From: Takakia lepidozioides
Taxonomy: Eukaryota; Plantae; Bryophyta
Assembly: GCA_030704615.1 (NCBI GenBank)
Contig: CM060734.1
Coordinates: forward strand, 54,126,001-54,190,000
DNA: 64,000 bases
Reading direction: 5' to 3'
Shown: positions 14,801 to 27,978 of the stretch, in pieces
How the letters are laid out: every line of letters starts with the position of its first letter
How positions within the stretch are numbered: position 1 is the first letter of the stretch
The notes under the pieces: generated by a model
The model's input: the letters and a program-made list of their open reading frames with translations, nothing else
What the model was told of the DNA's origin: nothing
The model's database searches: none
Translations under genes and position numbers: made by a program

Positions 14801-16207
14801 ATTTCAAGGTTATCTCATTAGGATATCGATTTACAATTTGTTGTCAGCAGAGGTGTAAGCTGAGGGTTTCCGTGTCTTTGGTGCAGGTGTTGCTACGGAG
14901 GATTCAGATAACGCACAACCGTTCCTTTGATGGTGTGTTGGATTTCCTGAACTCCAAAAGAATGACAAGTGCAGGGCCACTTGACCTAATTGATGATGAC
15001 GACAGTGACAAGGAAGAAGGAGTAGATCGCCAAGCACAAGGAAAATTGGGGTTGGGACTGCCTGGAACCAACAGCAACTTGGGGCGGCCCATTGCCCGTA
15101 CTAAGTCTCTCCAGATCTGTCCTACAGGCAGGTCATGGGCAGCTGCCACCTCGGAGGGCTTGCTTTTGGATGCCCTAGATGCTGCCCTTGTCTTTGATCC
15201 CTCAGACCTTGATGTGGACATAACACCTGAGGTATTCTTACATTTTGAATTCTGCACTGAAATTGGCGTCTGCTGACTTTAAAGCAGAGCAGGATGAACC
15301 AGGGGCCAGAATAGGAGGGACAGAGCACTATTAACGTGGCTTCAGACAGTTCTAGTTTGACAACTCGTAGTTGCTATTCTAAGGCACAAGATGTTGGTGC
15401 TTGTGCTTGTTGGTAATTGACTGGCATGGCAATCTGATTGCAGGCAGTTGAACTGGCATTGCAAGAGAAACAAAATGGGCGTGCACTGCTACTGGCCCTG
15501 CGACTAAATGAAGGCAGCATCATTATGCAGTGTGTAGAGGCTGTGCATCCTACAGAAGTTACAAGTGTAGTCCATGCAATCCCAATCTCTTACCTAGGCA
15601 CTCTCCTTACAGCACTTTCAGAGTATTTGGAGAATTCTCCTCATCTGGAGTTCCTACTTATTTGGTGTCAGGTACCGTCTCTCTCTTGTTCTTCCGAAGT
15701 TTTATTTTTGATCTTTCCTCAATCGGCAGATGTTCATGAGATAGAAGCATCCATTTTTTCCTTGTGATGCCCTTTTTCAAGGGGCTTTGTTTGGATAGCA
15801 GGGCTGGTGACATTGGATGAGCAGACAGAGTAGGCAATAGTATGTCCGGCTCTCATGTTTGTTCACAGTTTGACTCTAATCAGCCAAGTAGAGTCGGGAA
15901 CTTCCCTTCCAAAAGTTGCTCGGATTGTTAGATGACGGCATCTGCGTATTCCTAATTTTACTATTCCTGTTTTGTCACAGCTGTGCCACGAGATTGAGGG
16001 ATCTGGCTTTGATGGGTGCAGGAGCTGTGTGTTGGGCATGGGAAGTCGATGGAAGCGCGTCACAGAGAATTGTTGCCTCAATTGCGATCCCTCCAAAAAG
16101 GCCTTATCCAACTGCATGAAGATTTGGCCGGTTCATGTCGTTCCAATCAGTATTTACTTCAGTATCTATGGTCTGCCCCATCTAGCATGCAGGTGGCTAG
16201 GACATAA
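11884..16207 (+). CDS. PWP2: Periodic tryptophan protein 2 (UTP1), WD40 small-subunit processome component, 7 exons
   Basis: Begins MNFKFNNLLGAPFRGGN...LLSPVGNRVS; contains LGQLLVWEW..ETYILKQQGH, RAWDLMRYRNFRTF, IDGRRDIAGGR and a C-terminal Utp12-like SPHLEF segment. Exons 11884-13029, 13218-13469, 13675-13767, 13858-14229, 14887-15231, 15444-15671, 16022-16207. Confidence 0.96.
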
Positions 16208-17305
16208 CCTGTCATGTCTCTGCCACTTACCCCAATGCAGGTTTATATGCAGGCTTCCAGGATCTCAGACTCCAGCTCGTCTGCCATGTCACTGGCAAGT
16301 ATCATAACTATTCAATACACTCAGTTTGAATCCCTGTTCAGCGAGATAACTGGGTGGACTGAGTTTAAGTTCACATCCTGTTTACACGCAGATGCAATCC
16401 ACCCACATAATTGAGCAACTATGTACAAGCTGCACAGTACCTGCTCAGCAACTCATATCATTCATCAACAAAATGACTGAGGCAATGAGAAAATCGTTTA
16501 CATTATTTTGAATCAACATTATGCAAGACCAAGCTTCAAGATGACATATATCTTGTCTTACTGGTTTAGGTAGAAGTAATGGATTGTTGTCTGCAACTCT
16601 GAAATGAGATGCCCGCCGCATGAACTGCAAGTGGAGTGTAATACCCAGTATGTAGGTTGAAACTAGCACCCATGAGCTCTTCTAATTCTTTGACTTCTTT
16701 GTACTATTGTAGTAGAGCAAAGTATGCCATAAGGGAGCAGAAGAGACATCAAGGTGTGCTGGAGGGGGTTTCAGCATCCATATCTATGTCCCATATTTGA
16801 GGGCACCACATGTCCATGCAGTTTGGAACAGGCAGAAGGTAGGTGAGGGAGGGATTTTTTTTTTCTGACTATTTGTATATGTCAACCTATGGATTACAAT
16901 GGATTACATTCGATTACATGACCAGTGGTGATGCAGAGGACTCTGATCAAAGTTTGTGGAGTGGGACAACATTTTTCTTAGTGCTGCCTGTGCCGCCGAG
17001 CACCTTCAGTAGTACCTTGGCAAGATGGACAATCATCTATCCAATATTTATTTTATTTTGAGAATTTCGTTTCGACATATGGAATATTCCTAAAGATGCT
17101 TTATTATATTCACAGAGTTGTTTAATTTCACAAACCAATTTCCAAAAACTTTAACATTCTTTGAAATATTAAAAATTGTGTCGAAATTGCCAAGGTTACG
17201 GTATTCAAACTTTCCTACTCATGAATTTCCAAAGACGAAAAATACTTGAAATTTAATATCTCCCACGGTAGTATTCCAAAAAAACCCAATTTCTTAATTT
17301 TTTAC

Positions 17306-17762
17306 CTTCGTTGTAAATGACAAGTTGCATCCCAGAATTAAGGAAATCCATGCTGAGCTGAGAAGATTGTCTGGGCAGATGAAGGAGGCGGGGTATGTGC
17401 CTGACACGCGCTCTGTATTGCATGATGTGGGGGAGGAGGAAAAGGAATTTTCTCTTTGCCACCACAGAGAGAAGCTGGCCATTGGTTTTTGGCTTATCAG
17501 CACGACCCCTAGGACGCCTCTCCGTCTCATCAAGAATCTTCGAGCGTGTGGTGACTGCCACACCTGCACCAAATTCATCTCAAAGATTGTTGGCCGAGCA
17601 ATTGTTGTACAGGACGCTAACCGCTTTCACCACTTTGAAGATGGGATTTGTCCTTGTGGGGATTACTGGGGAAAGGATGTTTTGTTGGAAGATGCAGGTG
17701 TCTTGCTTCATTCATTGATCTGTGTAGCTACTCAGATCATCAAACATTTCCGAGACTATTGA
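17306..17762 (+). pseudogene. Orphan DYW cytidine-deaminase domain fragment of a PLS-PPR RNA-editing factor
   Basis: [10 protein letters not shown]...[10 protein letters not shown]...HHREKLAI...[10 protein letters not shown]...[19 protein letters not shown]. No ATG or PPR repeats upstream (AT-rich sequence instead). The codon after DYW is GGA rather than a stop. Confidence 0.85.
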
Positions 17763-19324
17763 CCATGATGTACTGTTTAGTGCATTTGTACTGTTGAGTC
17801 ATCGAGGATTGGTCATAGACGCCTGTTCGGTCATAGGCCATTTTATCCTAGTGTTTTGGATGGAAGACTAGTGATGAATTGAGAATCCCCAGAGTTCTCG
17901 ACGATCTTACAAGGTCAAATTGGGGGGCTCTACTCTTCCCACCACGAGAACTAAACAGGGCCACTCACCCCGTCAGTCCAATGCGACCGCATCATGCCGC
18001 TGCAGCGGAACATGGGCGGCCACAGCCGACTTTCACTTAACACATGCTTCATCCCCTAAGTGACTCCCTGTTCATTTGTGCATGATTGTGCGAGATACCA
18101 TCCCGTGTAGGCCACGCGTCCAAGCACCTGCACTTTGCCATCGGTCACTGAGCTACACCATGTTCAACGGTGTTAATCTGATCAATACTCCCCTAGATTT
18201 CACTGCAGGCAGTCCTCACGACTCTGTATTCTACCAAGCTCTGCCCACAGTGACGATTCACAGTTCGCCGTTGCTGTCGATGCTCGTGCTCATTACACCT
18301 TAGTGGTTAATTTCAATCATGCACCGATCCCCAAGGAGTGTAAAAGGACCGAACTTTACACACACCTGATTAGAATATTTCTTCAGAAAATAATGCAATC
18401 CTGGTACATTTGATACATCCAACAACTCGTCATTGTCAGCCTTTTTTCAATGTTGCAAATAGGACGCCTTGCCCACGTCTGGTAATTACGAAGTTATGAC
18501 TGAAGCCAAGGAGGTTAAAGTTGAATCTCCTCTCCTAAAGCGTAACCATCCTTACACAGAACTAGCCCATCGTGGGTTTCAAAAGGTTTCAATCGATGTG
18601 AAGGACAGCTACCATAGTAAGATATCAGATACTTTTGAAAATATGTACATGTACGAAACCCGTAGCAGTACCACCTTAAAAACTTCCAGTGAGTGGTATG
18701 TCAACGAACTGATTGCAGAAGGGCAGCACTATTGCTGGACGGTCAAAACCCAAACAAATCCTCAAAGATGCTGCTATTGCCAAGAAAAGTACAATTCTTG
18801 TTTCCAAATCCCTCTAAATTCTGTCCATACTGTACAAGTCGAATCCCGTTGATGCAGACATCATTTTCAGGATTGTTTATGCCTTCGGCAAAGAACCTTT
18901 CCAGTGGATTCCATTCACCTGCAAAATTCCAAACGCACCCGTTACTGCACTACCTAATTCCCTCACCGAAGGTGGGAAGTACATATGGAGTTCATTCCCC
19001 TTTGATTACCAACAACGTTTATTGGTAAATGGAATAGAGAGTCAAGTTGATACATAAATCATGAAATGTTCACTCGGGAGTCTGCATCCTCAGAGTTCCA
19101 TCTCCTGACATATTTATAATAATGAAGGAGGAATCCAGCTAAAATGCGTAAACGGCTTTTCCAACTGCAAGTACCTCAGACTTCGAACAACATGTCATAA
19201 TCATGAGCAGGCAGGCATACCGAAGTGATAGAATCGAGTATTTTACACCCAAAAATAGGCCACGTCCATGTTGAGTGCATAGCATCTTCCAGAGATGTCT
19301 TGGAGTGTGCACTTCCTTTATGAG

Positions 19325-20967
19325 TCACCTCTCATAAGATCCAGGGGGTTCCTTCACTAGCGCTGAAGCAAAAGCCAGTTGCCTTGATTTACACTGCTTC
19401 CACAACCAGTGCAAATCAAATTAGTGAAAGACTTTCATACTATCTTGCTGACTTTAACCCATGTCCCAAAGAATGCAGAGAATACAATAATGTTTTGGTT
19501 TGTCAATGACTCGGCAATGTACCATTCAGTATGTACAGAATGAATCGCTTTTGAAACATGTAAGTTCTGCGAAGACTAACAATGTCAGATATTCAACGTT
19601 TTCCTGAATAGGATAAGCTACTGCAGCAACATACTTCAGTCATGGTTGATTAACGGAGTACCTGATGGCAACGGCCGCAATGGATGGGTCGGCCGACCAT
19701 GCAGCTGTAAGTGTCAGCCAAAGGCACACCCAAGGACTTGCCCAAGCTGACCACCTCAGCCTTCGTCAAATGGCTGCAATCACAACAAATGAAGTTACTG
19801 ATCACTGGCTGTTACAAGACCAACAATAGATTCATGCACCATACATACATGATTGCGGAGCTACAGTATCTAAGCAAATTTGCAGAGAACAGCCGACCCT
19901 CGAAAGCTACCTCAAAGGAGTAAGTAGAGTCACAGGTGGCTGCAACGAGGCTGCTGTAGAGCGGAAACTATCCAGAAACGTTTGAGATGCACTGCAGAAT
20001 GACAATCACTCAGGAACCACTTGTCATTATCCTGCAAAGTGAATAAAACTCAACGCAGTGGGAGGGGATGGTAAGGAAGGACAAACCGGGCATGGCCTTA
20101 CCTTGAGTATGAGCCAAGGTCCTCTTTATTGAGCCCAAGGGCGACCACATTTGATCCTACCTTCAACAAAAGAATCATATCACAGACCATTTTCATGCCT
20201 TCAGAATCACAGTTGAGAATCATTTGAGAAAACTGCTTTCAGGTAATCGGAATTCAAGAAAGCCAGAACAAGTGCCAAGCCTAAGGCGACATTTGTGGAC
20301 AGGTCTTTATACTGGCTCTAGGGAATTCTATAATCAACGTCAAAAAATTGCTGCATGGAGAGCTTCGACGTGTACGCCCCGACCTGAAATCACTTGTGGC
20401 AGTGGAAAAATAGCGTATTTTACAAGTGAGGAATGTAGAAACCTGACTAGCATAACTCGCTGCCAGCCCTAGAATCACAAGATTTCTGTGTGGCAGTGGC
20501 ACGAACGACTTGGCCCCCTGTTGCAAAGCCCTAAATTGTTCGCCCACCTGCAATCCTCAGACAGCTTCAGAACAAGTCCAATGTTCCTCGAATTCTTTCG
20601 TTTCTTTCATTACTGTGGTTTAGTACATGGTTAGAAAATACTCAAATGAAGCAGGGGGAGCACATACCGTGGACATGTCGATGCGACTTAACTGTAACCC
20701 AAGTTTATGGCAGATCTTGTCGCTTGCCTGCTCCTCCATTGCTGCCCCCTTTTGACCATAATTGATGTACCTACGTTAGGAAAAATAATACAAATCGTCA
20801 ATTGCAAGAAATAGGAAAGAAATGTCTGTGTTTAGGGTTTAGGGTTCAGGGCGCGATTGAGAGGCTTACAAAGGATGAAGGAGCGCAGAAGATGACCGCC
20901 AGTGATAAAGCAACGCAGCGCTCTCAATTCCACCACTCATCAGCACCACACTACTGGATCCGGCCAT
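19325..20967 (-). CDS. QueC-family (7-cyano-7-deazaguanine synthase-like) PP-loop ATPase, 7 exons, 208 aa
   Basis: Exons 20967-20870, 20770-20668, 20547-20443, 20160-20102, 19991-19911, 19773-19662, 19393-19325 are all GT-AG and phase-compatible (627 nt, open). Motifs: VVLMSGGIES (PP-loop), YINYGQ, VPLPHRNL, TPLSHLTKAEVV, and the zinc site TYSC-x7-CGRCHQCKSR. Confidence 0.9.
20831..20851. repeat. Three telomere-type repeats / telo-box in intron 1 of the QueC-like gene
   Basis: TTTAGGG TTTAGGG TTCAGGG read directly from the sequence. Confidence 0.7.
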
Positions 20968-21366
20968 GGCTTCTCTCTTCCAGAACCGAAACACACCCCG
21001 GAGCTTCAACTTCACCACATCTTGAATCGAAATTCTGGTGAAAAACGCAATCACAAAGACCTGGATCATGCGATTCTCTGACTCAAGAAGCACAATCACC
21101 CTAAAAAATAATCCGAAACACAATTAAGCACTTACAGCATTGAATTAGTTAATATTCATTGAAACGTTTCATTGAGAGCGGCAATCACGCGAAACGGACC
21201 GGAAGAAAGGTAACTTACAAGAATGATATCGTTCTATGTACTTATCAAAGCACTTTCCCTTGCCCATTTGAGTCGGGATTCCATTGGTCTGTATTAGCTG
21301 CGCGGCTCATGTTCGAAGAAGTAGTCCGAAGATCAAGGTTCACTGAATTGTTGCAAAGATTTGGAA

Positions 21367-23538
21367 ATGGAGTCAGGAGAGTCACATTCCGGAAGATGGT
21401 GGTGCCCACAAGGAGTTCCTGGCATCGCAAGCTCGGTTGGAGGAACCATTGGGGTGTTGTTGATTTCCACGCTCCTTGCTTATGTAGTGGTGGTACATGA
21501 GCGCCGGAAGAAGCTCCCCCCGGGTCCTTGGCCATGGCCCATCTTCGGCAATCTGGGTGTCTTATCTGGTCTTCCGCACAGACGTTTGCAGAAGCTGGCT
21601 GCCAAGTATGGCGGCCTCATGTATCTCCAGCTGGGTATGCGCATTGCAGCTAGATTCCACTTCTTCATTTCCCGTATGGATGCACTTAATTGTATGTCGA
21701 TTGGTAGCTTGAGATTTGACAGCTTAATCGCTGAATTTGCAGAGGATAGAATGCGTTGAAGATTCTTCTTGTGTGGATTAGACCGGGGTGGGCATCTTCA
21801 ATTCTTCACTACAGTGTCGTGTGAACCCCCCATTAGGTCAAGTGCCCTGTCTCGTCGTGTGCACTGCCGCAGCAGCCAAGGATTTGTTCAAGACCCACGA
21901 CGCGGTATTTTCAAACCGACCTAAGAGACTGGACCACAACATCCTATCTGGGTCTAGTTACAAAAGCTTGACAAGCGCTCCTTATGGGCCGTACTGGCGC
22001 CAGGTTCGAAGAATCTGCAACACCGAGTTGTTCTCGCCTGCGCTTCATGCGTCTCATGAGAGCTTCAGGAAAGAGGAGATTCACACCATGATGAAGGTTC
22101 TTCTGGCGGCGTCGCAGACAGGAGATGCCATTGACCTCCAAAGCTGGTCGACTGGGGTGACTGCCAACAACACGACGAGGATGCTCGTCAACAAGAGGTA
22201 ACGATTCCATTTGCAAATCTCTGGAACATCACGAATCTCTAACTGCAGTGGTGTAAGTTTTTTCAATAATGTAGATGAAGCTCTCATTGTGTTCGAATAC
22301 TAATTGAGGTTTTTTGATATGTAAACTGATAACTCATCAACATTGTTGAACTTCGGAACAGAATCATGGTAACCATTGAATTCAATGTGTCTTCTTCGTG
22401 CAACAGGTACTTTGGTACTGACATTTCGGATCAGCAAGAACAGAAAGACTTCGAGGAGCTGCTCGATCACCTGTTTGCTGCAGCTGGGGGCTTCTTCATC
22501 AGCGACTTCATCCCATACTTGGCATTCGTCGAAAAGTTGCGGGGTATCATAGCCAAGCTTGAAGCAATTCGAGCATTTCTAAGAAGAGTCATAGGCAAGA
22601 TTTTCGAGGTGGAGAAGCACAAGCAACGGACAGTGGAAAGAGGGCAGGATGTGAACTATGTGCCAGACTTTGTGGATGTCTTGCTGAAGACCCCGCTCGA
22701 TGACGGAGAGCAGTTCACCGATGGAGAGATCATATCCATACTTTCGGTACAAAGTTTTGCATTGTACTCAAGCTCTCCTACTCCTTTACAGCTTGTAAAG
22801 GAATCTAATCCATAGCATCAGATTTATGACAAAGATTCTGCCCATACTGCAAGATTTAAAACTTAAAATCTTATCCCTGCGAATCTGTTCTCGGTGTCAT
22901 TGCAGAGCATGATATCTGCTGGAACGGAAACCAGTGCAAATACGGTGGTGTGGGCGATGTCGGAGCTCATGGTAAACCCGGATATCAGGAAGCAAACCCA
23001 GGAGGAGCTGGATGCGGTGGTTGGAACCGGACATCTTGTGCAAGAATCGGATATCCCAAACTTGCCGTTCCTTCGTGCCATCGTCAAGGAGACATTTCGT
23101 TTGCATCCTGCTATACCCCTATCGCTTCCTCGTTGCTCGAACCAACCATGTGTAGTTGCAGGGTGCCAGTTTCCAGAAAACACGAGACTGATATTAAATA
23201 TATTTGCTATTCACCGTGATCCAAGCATGTATGAGAATCCTGATAGTTTTCAGCCGACCAGGTTCCTGGAGCATCCGGAGGTGGATCATCTGTCGGGCCA
23301 GAATTACTATCAGCTAATTCCGTTTGGTGTTGGGCGACGAATGTGCCCCGCTTACAATCTCGGCAACACCATGGTAATGCTGATGGTGGCCAATCTTCTC
23401 CACAGCTTTGACTGGAGCCTGCCTTCGGGAGTAAGCGCCGAGAACCTCGACATGGCTGAGGTTTACAAACTCGTATATTTTAAGAAGGAGCCCTTGTCTT
23501 TGATCGCCAAACCCAGGAGCCCAGCCTATCTGTACTAA
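21367..23538 (+). CDS. Cytochrome P450, CYP71 clan (A-type), 4 exons
   Basis: N-terminal membrane anchor then LPPGPWPWPIFGNL; APYGPYWRQVR; I-helix AGTETSA; ETFR; heme motif FGVGRRMCPA. Exons 21367-21634, 21837-22197, 22407-22746, 22906-23538. Confidence 0.95.
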
Positions 23539-23851
23539 TCTGTATTATTAGTTTGTCAAATTTGCAACGCCTTTGAAGGAAAAATGGATCTCTGTCGACT
23601 CTACATGAACAAGGTGGATCATTGAATTGAACTGGCCTTTCTGCATATACGGAATGTTCTGCCATGGTTCAGGCTAGAATCTTGTAACAAATTATGTAAC
23701 TCCGTACTCGTGAGCAATTCGCATATTTGTCCTCTAATAGCCGCAAGTGCAGCATGACCTTGTCTGTGTTATCCTTCAAGCTTCCAAATGCCAATCAATT
23801 TAAAAAAAAGGTGAGTTTCATTCTCACCTGGACAAGGGTCCCCATTCTTTT

Positions 23852-23917
23852 TCAGGCCTTTCCAACGAACTCCAGATCGAAGATGAGCACTGAGTTGCGC
23901 GGGAATAAGACACGAAC
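23852..23917 (-). pseudogene. Isolated terminal exon of a plastid FKBP13-type peptidyl-prolyl isomerase, with a 1-bp frameshift
   Basis: After acceptor ...caacag the exon reads (G)SCLIPA, then +1 frameshift, NSVLIFDLEFVGKA*. This matches the recalled thylakoid FKBP13-type C-terminus (GSCLIP..SVLLFD.E..GKA). Confidence 0.7.
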
Positions 23918-24506
23918 CTGTTGATCAATAGAATGGAGATTTGACCTTCAATAACATGCATTGAATAACAGTTATTTTTGTGTTTAGGTGCAATAGAATC
24001 CCTGCTCCTTGAAACTAGTAAGGCAGAGTGTCAGATAGGTACAGGTACACAAATTAAGATTGCAGTCTTCTTCGATCACTGAGAGATGAATCAGATTGAA
24101 ACACTGCATAAGGTTATGAGTAGAGTAGTTAAAAGTATAAATTAAGAACCCCAAAGGTTTTGTGACATACAGCCAACTCATCTCAAAACCCAAGGGGGCT
24201 CCCAACTCTTGGCCTACTTGGGAAACCATTCAAGGTCATCTTCTCCTAATCTGTTTGGTGAAATTTGAAAACACTATGCAACTACCAATCAACTGACTTA
24301 GGCTTTCTGACATGTAGAAGTTCAAAAAGAATTATTAACACAATTACAATTACACTCAATGGAGTGTTATATCACTTAACTGGAAACTGGCAGTGTTAGC
24401 CAAATTGTGGACAGCACATTTTAGGTCGACACATTTAAGAGCCGCTTGTTAGTTCCATCTTCGGTTAAGACCAAAACAGATGAATGAGGAAATGTAAATC
24501 ACTTAC

Positions 24507-25465
<959 letters not shown>

Positions 25466-25499
25466 CATTCATGATATCATTGAAATTGAATTTAGACTC

Positions 25500-26590
25500 T
25501 GGCACGGCGTTGGGGCTCCTCGATGATTTCAAAGGCGTCCTCGAATTCAAACCTACTTTAACTAAGTTGGAGCTCAAACTCGCTTATTGGGGAGGCACAT
25601 CTCTCTATAACAGGTAGAGCCCTAACTGCCAATCAAATCCTATCTGCTGGAATATGGTACTACTGGCGCCCCAAATCATCCCAAATTCGAGAGGTTAGAA
25701 CGCTCATTAGCAACTTCATCTGGGGAGCAAGAGAACTCTGCAGAGAAGAAAAGGCCGTAGGTGGCAAGGAATCAAATCTGCCGTCCAAAAAAAAAGGGGG
25801 GACTAGGGATCATAGATCATAGATCCTGAAACCCAAATTTCGGCACGGCTGGCCAAATGGATCCCCAGGTTTCTGGCCAAGAGGGGGGCCTATGGAAATT
25901 CCTGGTGTATGACAATATCACTCTTTCTTCTCCATTGAAACTCTCCACTTGGGCTCCCTCCCTCCGAAGGATCACACATGGATTCAAACACAAATCTGTC
26001 GGTTGCACTCTATGGTCCAACATTTGGCAAGCTTGGGGCAAGTTCTGGCAGTTTCTAATTGAGAGAGAGAGAAGACTCCAGCTGAAGCCGGCGAACCAAA
26101 AGCCACTTCGCCTTGCGGCTACTAATTTCTAATTCAGAAACCTACCACATCTTACTATGAGATTCTTCGTCAACTCCTGTTTCTGAACACCAACAAACCA
26201 ACATCCATATGGGTGAACGATGGCTTCAAATTCCGGATACCTTGGCTCTCTGTGTTGGTTTTGCCAGTGGGTATCAGGAGATCATTCATTCCTTACCTCC
26301 TTTGTGGATTGCAACTCTTCGATCCTGTCCATTAGTCCCCTCCCTCCCACTCTGGGCGCTTGTTATCTTTGTTATCTTCCACGACCGTCCTTTTTTTCTT
26401 TTTGTTGTTGACTCTTCCCCTTCCCACCACTCTGTCTTCACCTTCAGTATAGACACTATCTCTTTGTCTGTCACCCTCCTCTCCACCACCCCTCTTAATA
26501 TTCCATCCAATCCACTCACCCCCGTGTGAATATGTGGGTGGTCTTTACCAGGCAAACCTCTGGACCCAAAACAAGATCTCCTAAGGCCAC
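25500..26590 (+). mobile_element. Degenerate L1-type LINE ORF2 fragment (region C-terminal to the RT core)
   Basis: Frameshifted translation gives KLELKLAYW..LSITGRALTANQIL..IWYY..ISNFIWG..ICRPKKKGGLGII, resembling the plant L1 'PK..GGLG' motif. Boundaries approximate. Confidence 0.7.
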
Positions 26591-27744
26591 TGATGCATTG
26601 GCTTGCAAATAATACCTTTGGCTGGACCTTGGGTCGTCCGCCGGCTAAGCTGGAAATAGACCCTATGGAATGGTCCTAGAAATTTGCTAGGTTGCCTGAG
26701 CCTTTCTTTAGCTACACCACAAGAAAAAATTACAAGGTTCTTTCCAACTTTCATTGCCTGAAGAGCAAATGGGAAGCCAGATGGGAGCTCTATTATCGCG
26801 GCCCTTTGCCTTGAGGGCGGGGGGTCGGGACACAAGTGGGGCTGCCCCTGTGGTGGGGGCAGTGGCAGCGAATAGGAAAGGGGGCTGAAGCACCTTTGAG
26901 TGCTGAAGGCACTCAAAGAGGCGGAGGCGCTCACTAGGTGGAGCCCTACAAACCGGGTTGCGGTGGTGGGGGCTCAACGAAGGGTGGTGGTAGTGTAGGG
27001 AGTCATAATGGGGGTGACAACACTCACCATGAGGCTGAGGCCTTGTGGTGGGAGTCGTAGGACTCACCACGGTCCATTGGGGCCGTGGTGGGTGGGCCAA
27101 GATCGACTCACCGCAACTCACCACAAAAGGTTGAAGGTCTTCGTGGTGGTTCACCATAAGAAGACTGTTGGACGCCTATAGAAGTATATATAGGGATTAG
27201 TAACCCCGAGAACGGTGCAAGTTCATTGGTGACCAAATGCTAGTGAGTAAGCGTACGAGCCAGAAAGCGACCAAGATGTGGGGAGCTATTCCGGATTGCC
27301 ATCTACCAAAGGGAATTTCCACTAGGTCCAAAGTGGTGGAGGGTCTTTTGGAAACACAAGGGGGACCGTTATGCCCCGGTGAGCAGCCGAAGCTCCGAAT
27401 TGGCCTAACGGCCAGTTTGGGAGTTAGGCGCGCGCATCAAAACGAGTAACTATGACTTGAAGAGGAGTTCACCGAAGTGAGGTGTGCGAAATCTATTTCA
27501 AAATGAGAATTGGTCAGTCATATGAAGCTTCGTATGGATCAAATCGCGCCTTGCAAAGATAGTTGCGTTTCTTTGGCAGGTGGTCAATAGAGTGCTTAGT
27601 TCTAGGCAGCTCTCTTCTGTAACTGTTGTGCAGCAGGTATTATGGAATCATTGGAGCATTGCCTTCTTTTTTGTCAAGCAATGTTTGGCCTCTGAGCGTG
27701 GGCTCACGCCACGTCAGCCCCGCGTGAACGTGCGCTCATCGCTC

Positions 27745-27952
27745 ATGCCGTAACGTCGCTCCCAGGCTTGCACATGCACTGCAAACGCATAAAAACGTTA
27801 TTTGGTCAGGGTTCACCTGTTCCCCCATCATTTGCTCATAGGTCTCTGAAGCCTCTATCCCATGCCCCTGCTGTGCAGACCCTGCAAGCATCGCATTCCA
27901 CGACTCCATATTTCGTTCAGTCATAATGTTGAACACTCATTTTGCATACTTT
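27745..27952 (-). pseudogene. PLS-class PPR fragment (3' part of the host PDF-PPR pseudogene)
   Basis: VFNIMTERNMESWNAMLAGSAQQGHGIEASETYEQMMGEQVNPDQITFLCVCSACASLGA, preceded by the same acceptor (tgtgacaacag) used by the PDF-motif exons. Confidence 0.8.
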
Positions 27953-27978
27953 CCTGTTGTCACATTAGCAGTATCCTG

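Noticed and set aside
18469-19028. Cys-containing ORFs downstream of the QueC-like gene
   Set aside because: Possibly a decayed transposon fragment, but no family could be assigned.
19325-20967. Bacterial contamination or a prokaryotic que/dpd operon as the source of the QueC-like gene
   Set aside because: It has six spliceosomal introns and plant neighbours, and no queD, queE or tgt genes were seen in the window.
26581-27160. Pro/His-rich minus-strand ORFs
   Set aside because: Possibly retroelement ORF1/gag debris; no diagnostic motif.
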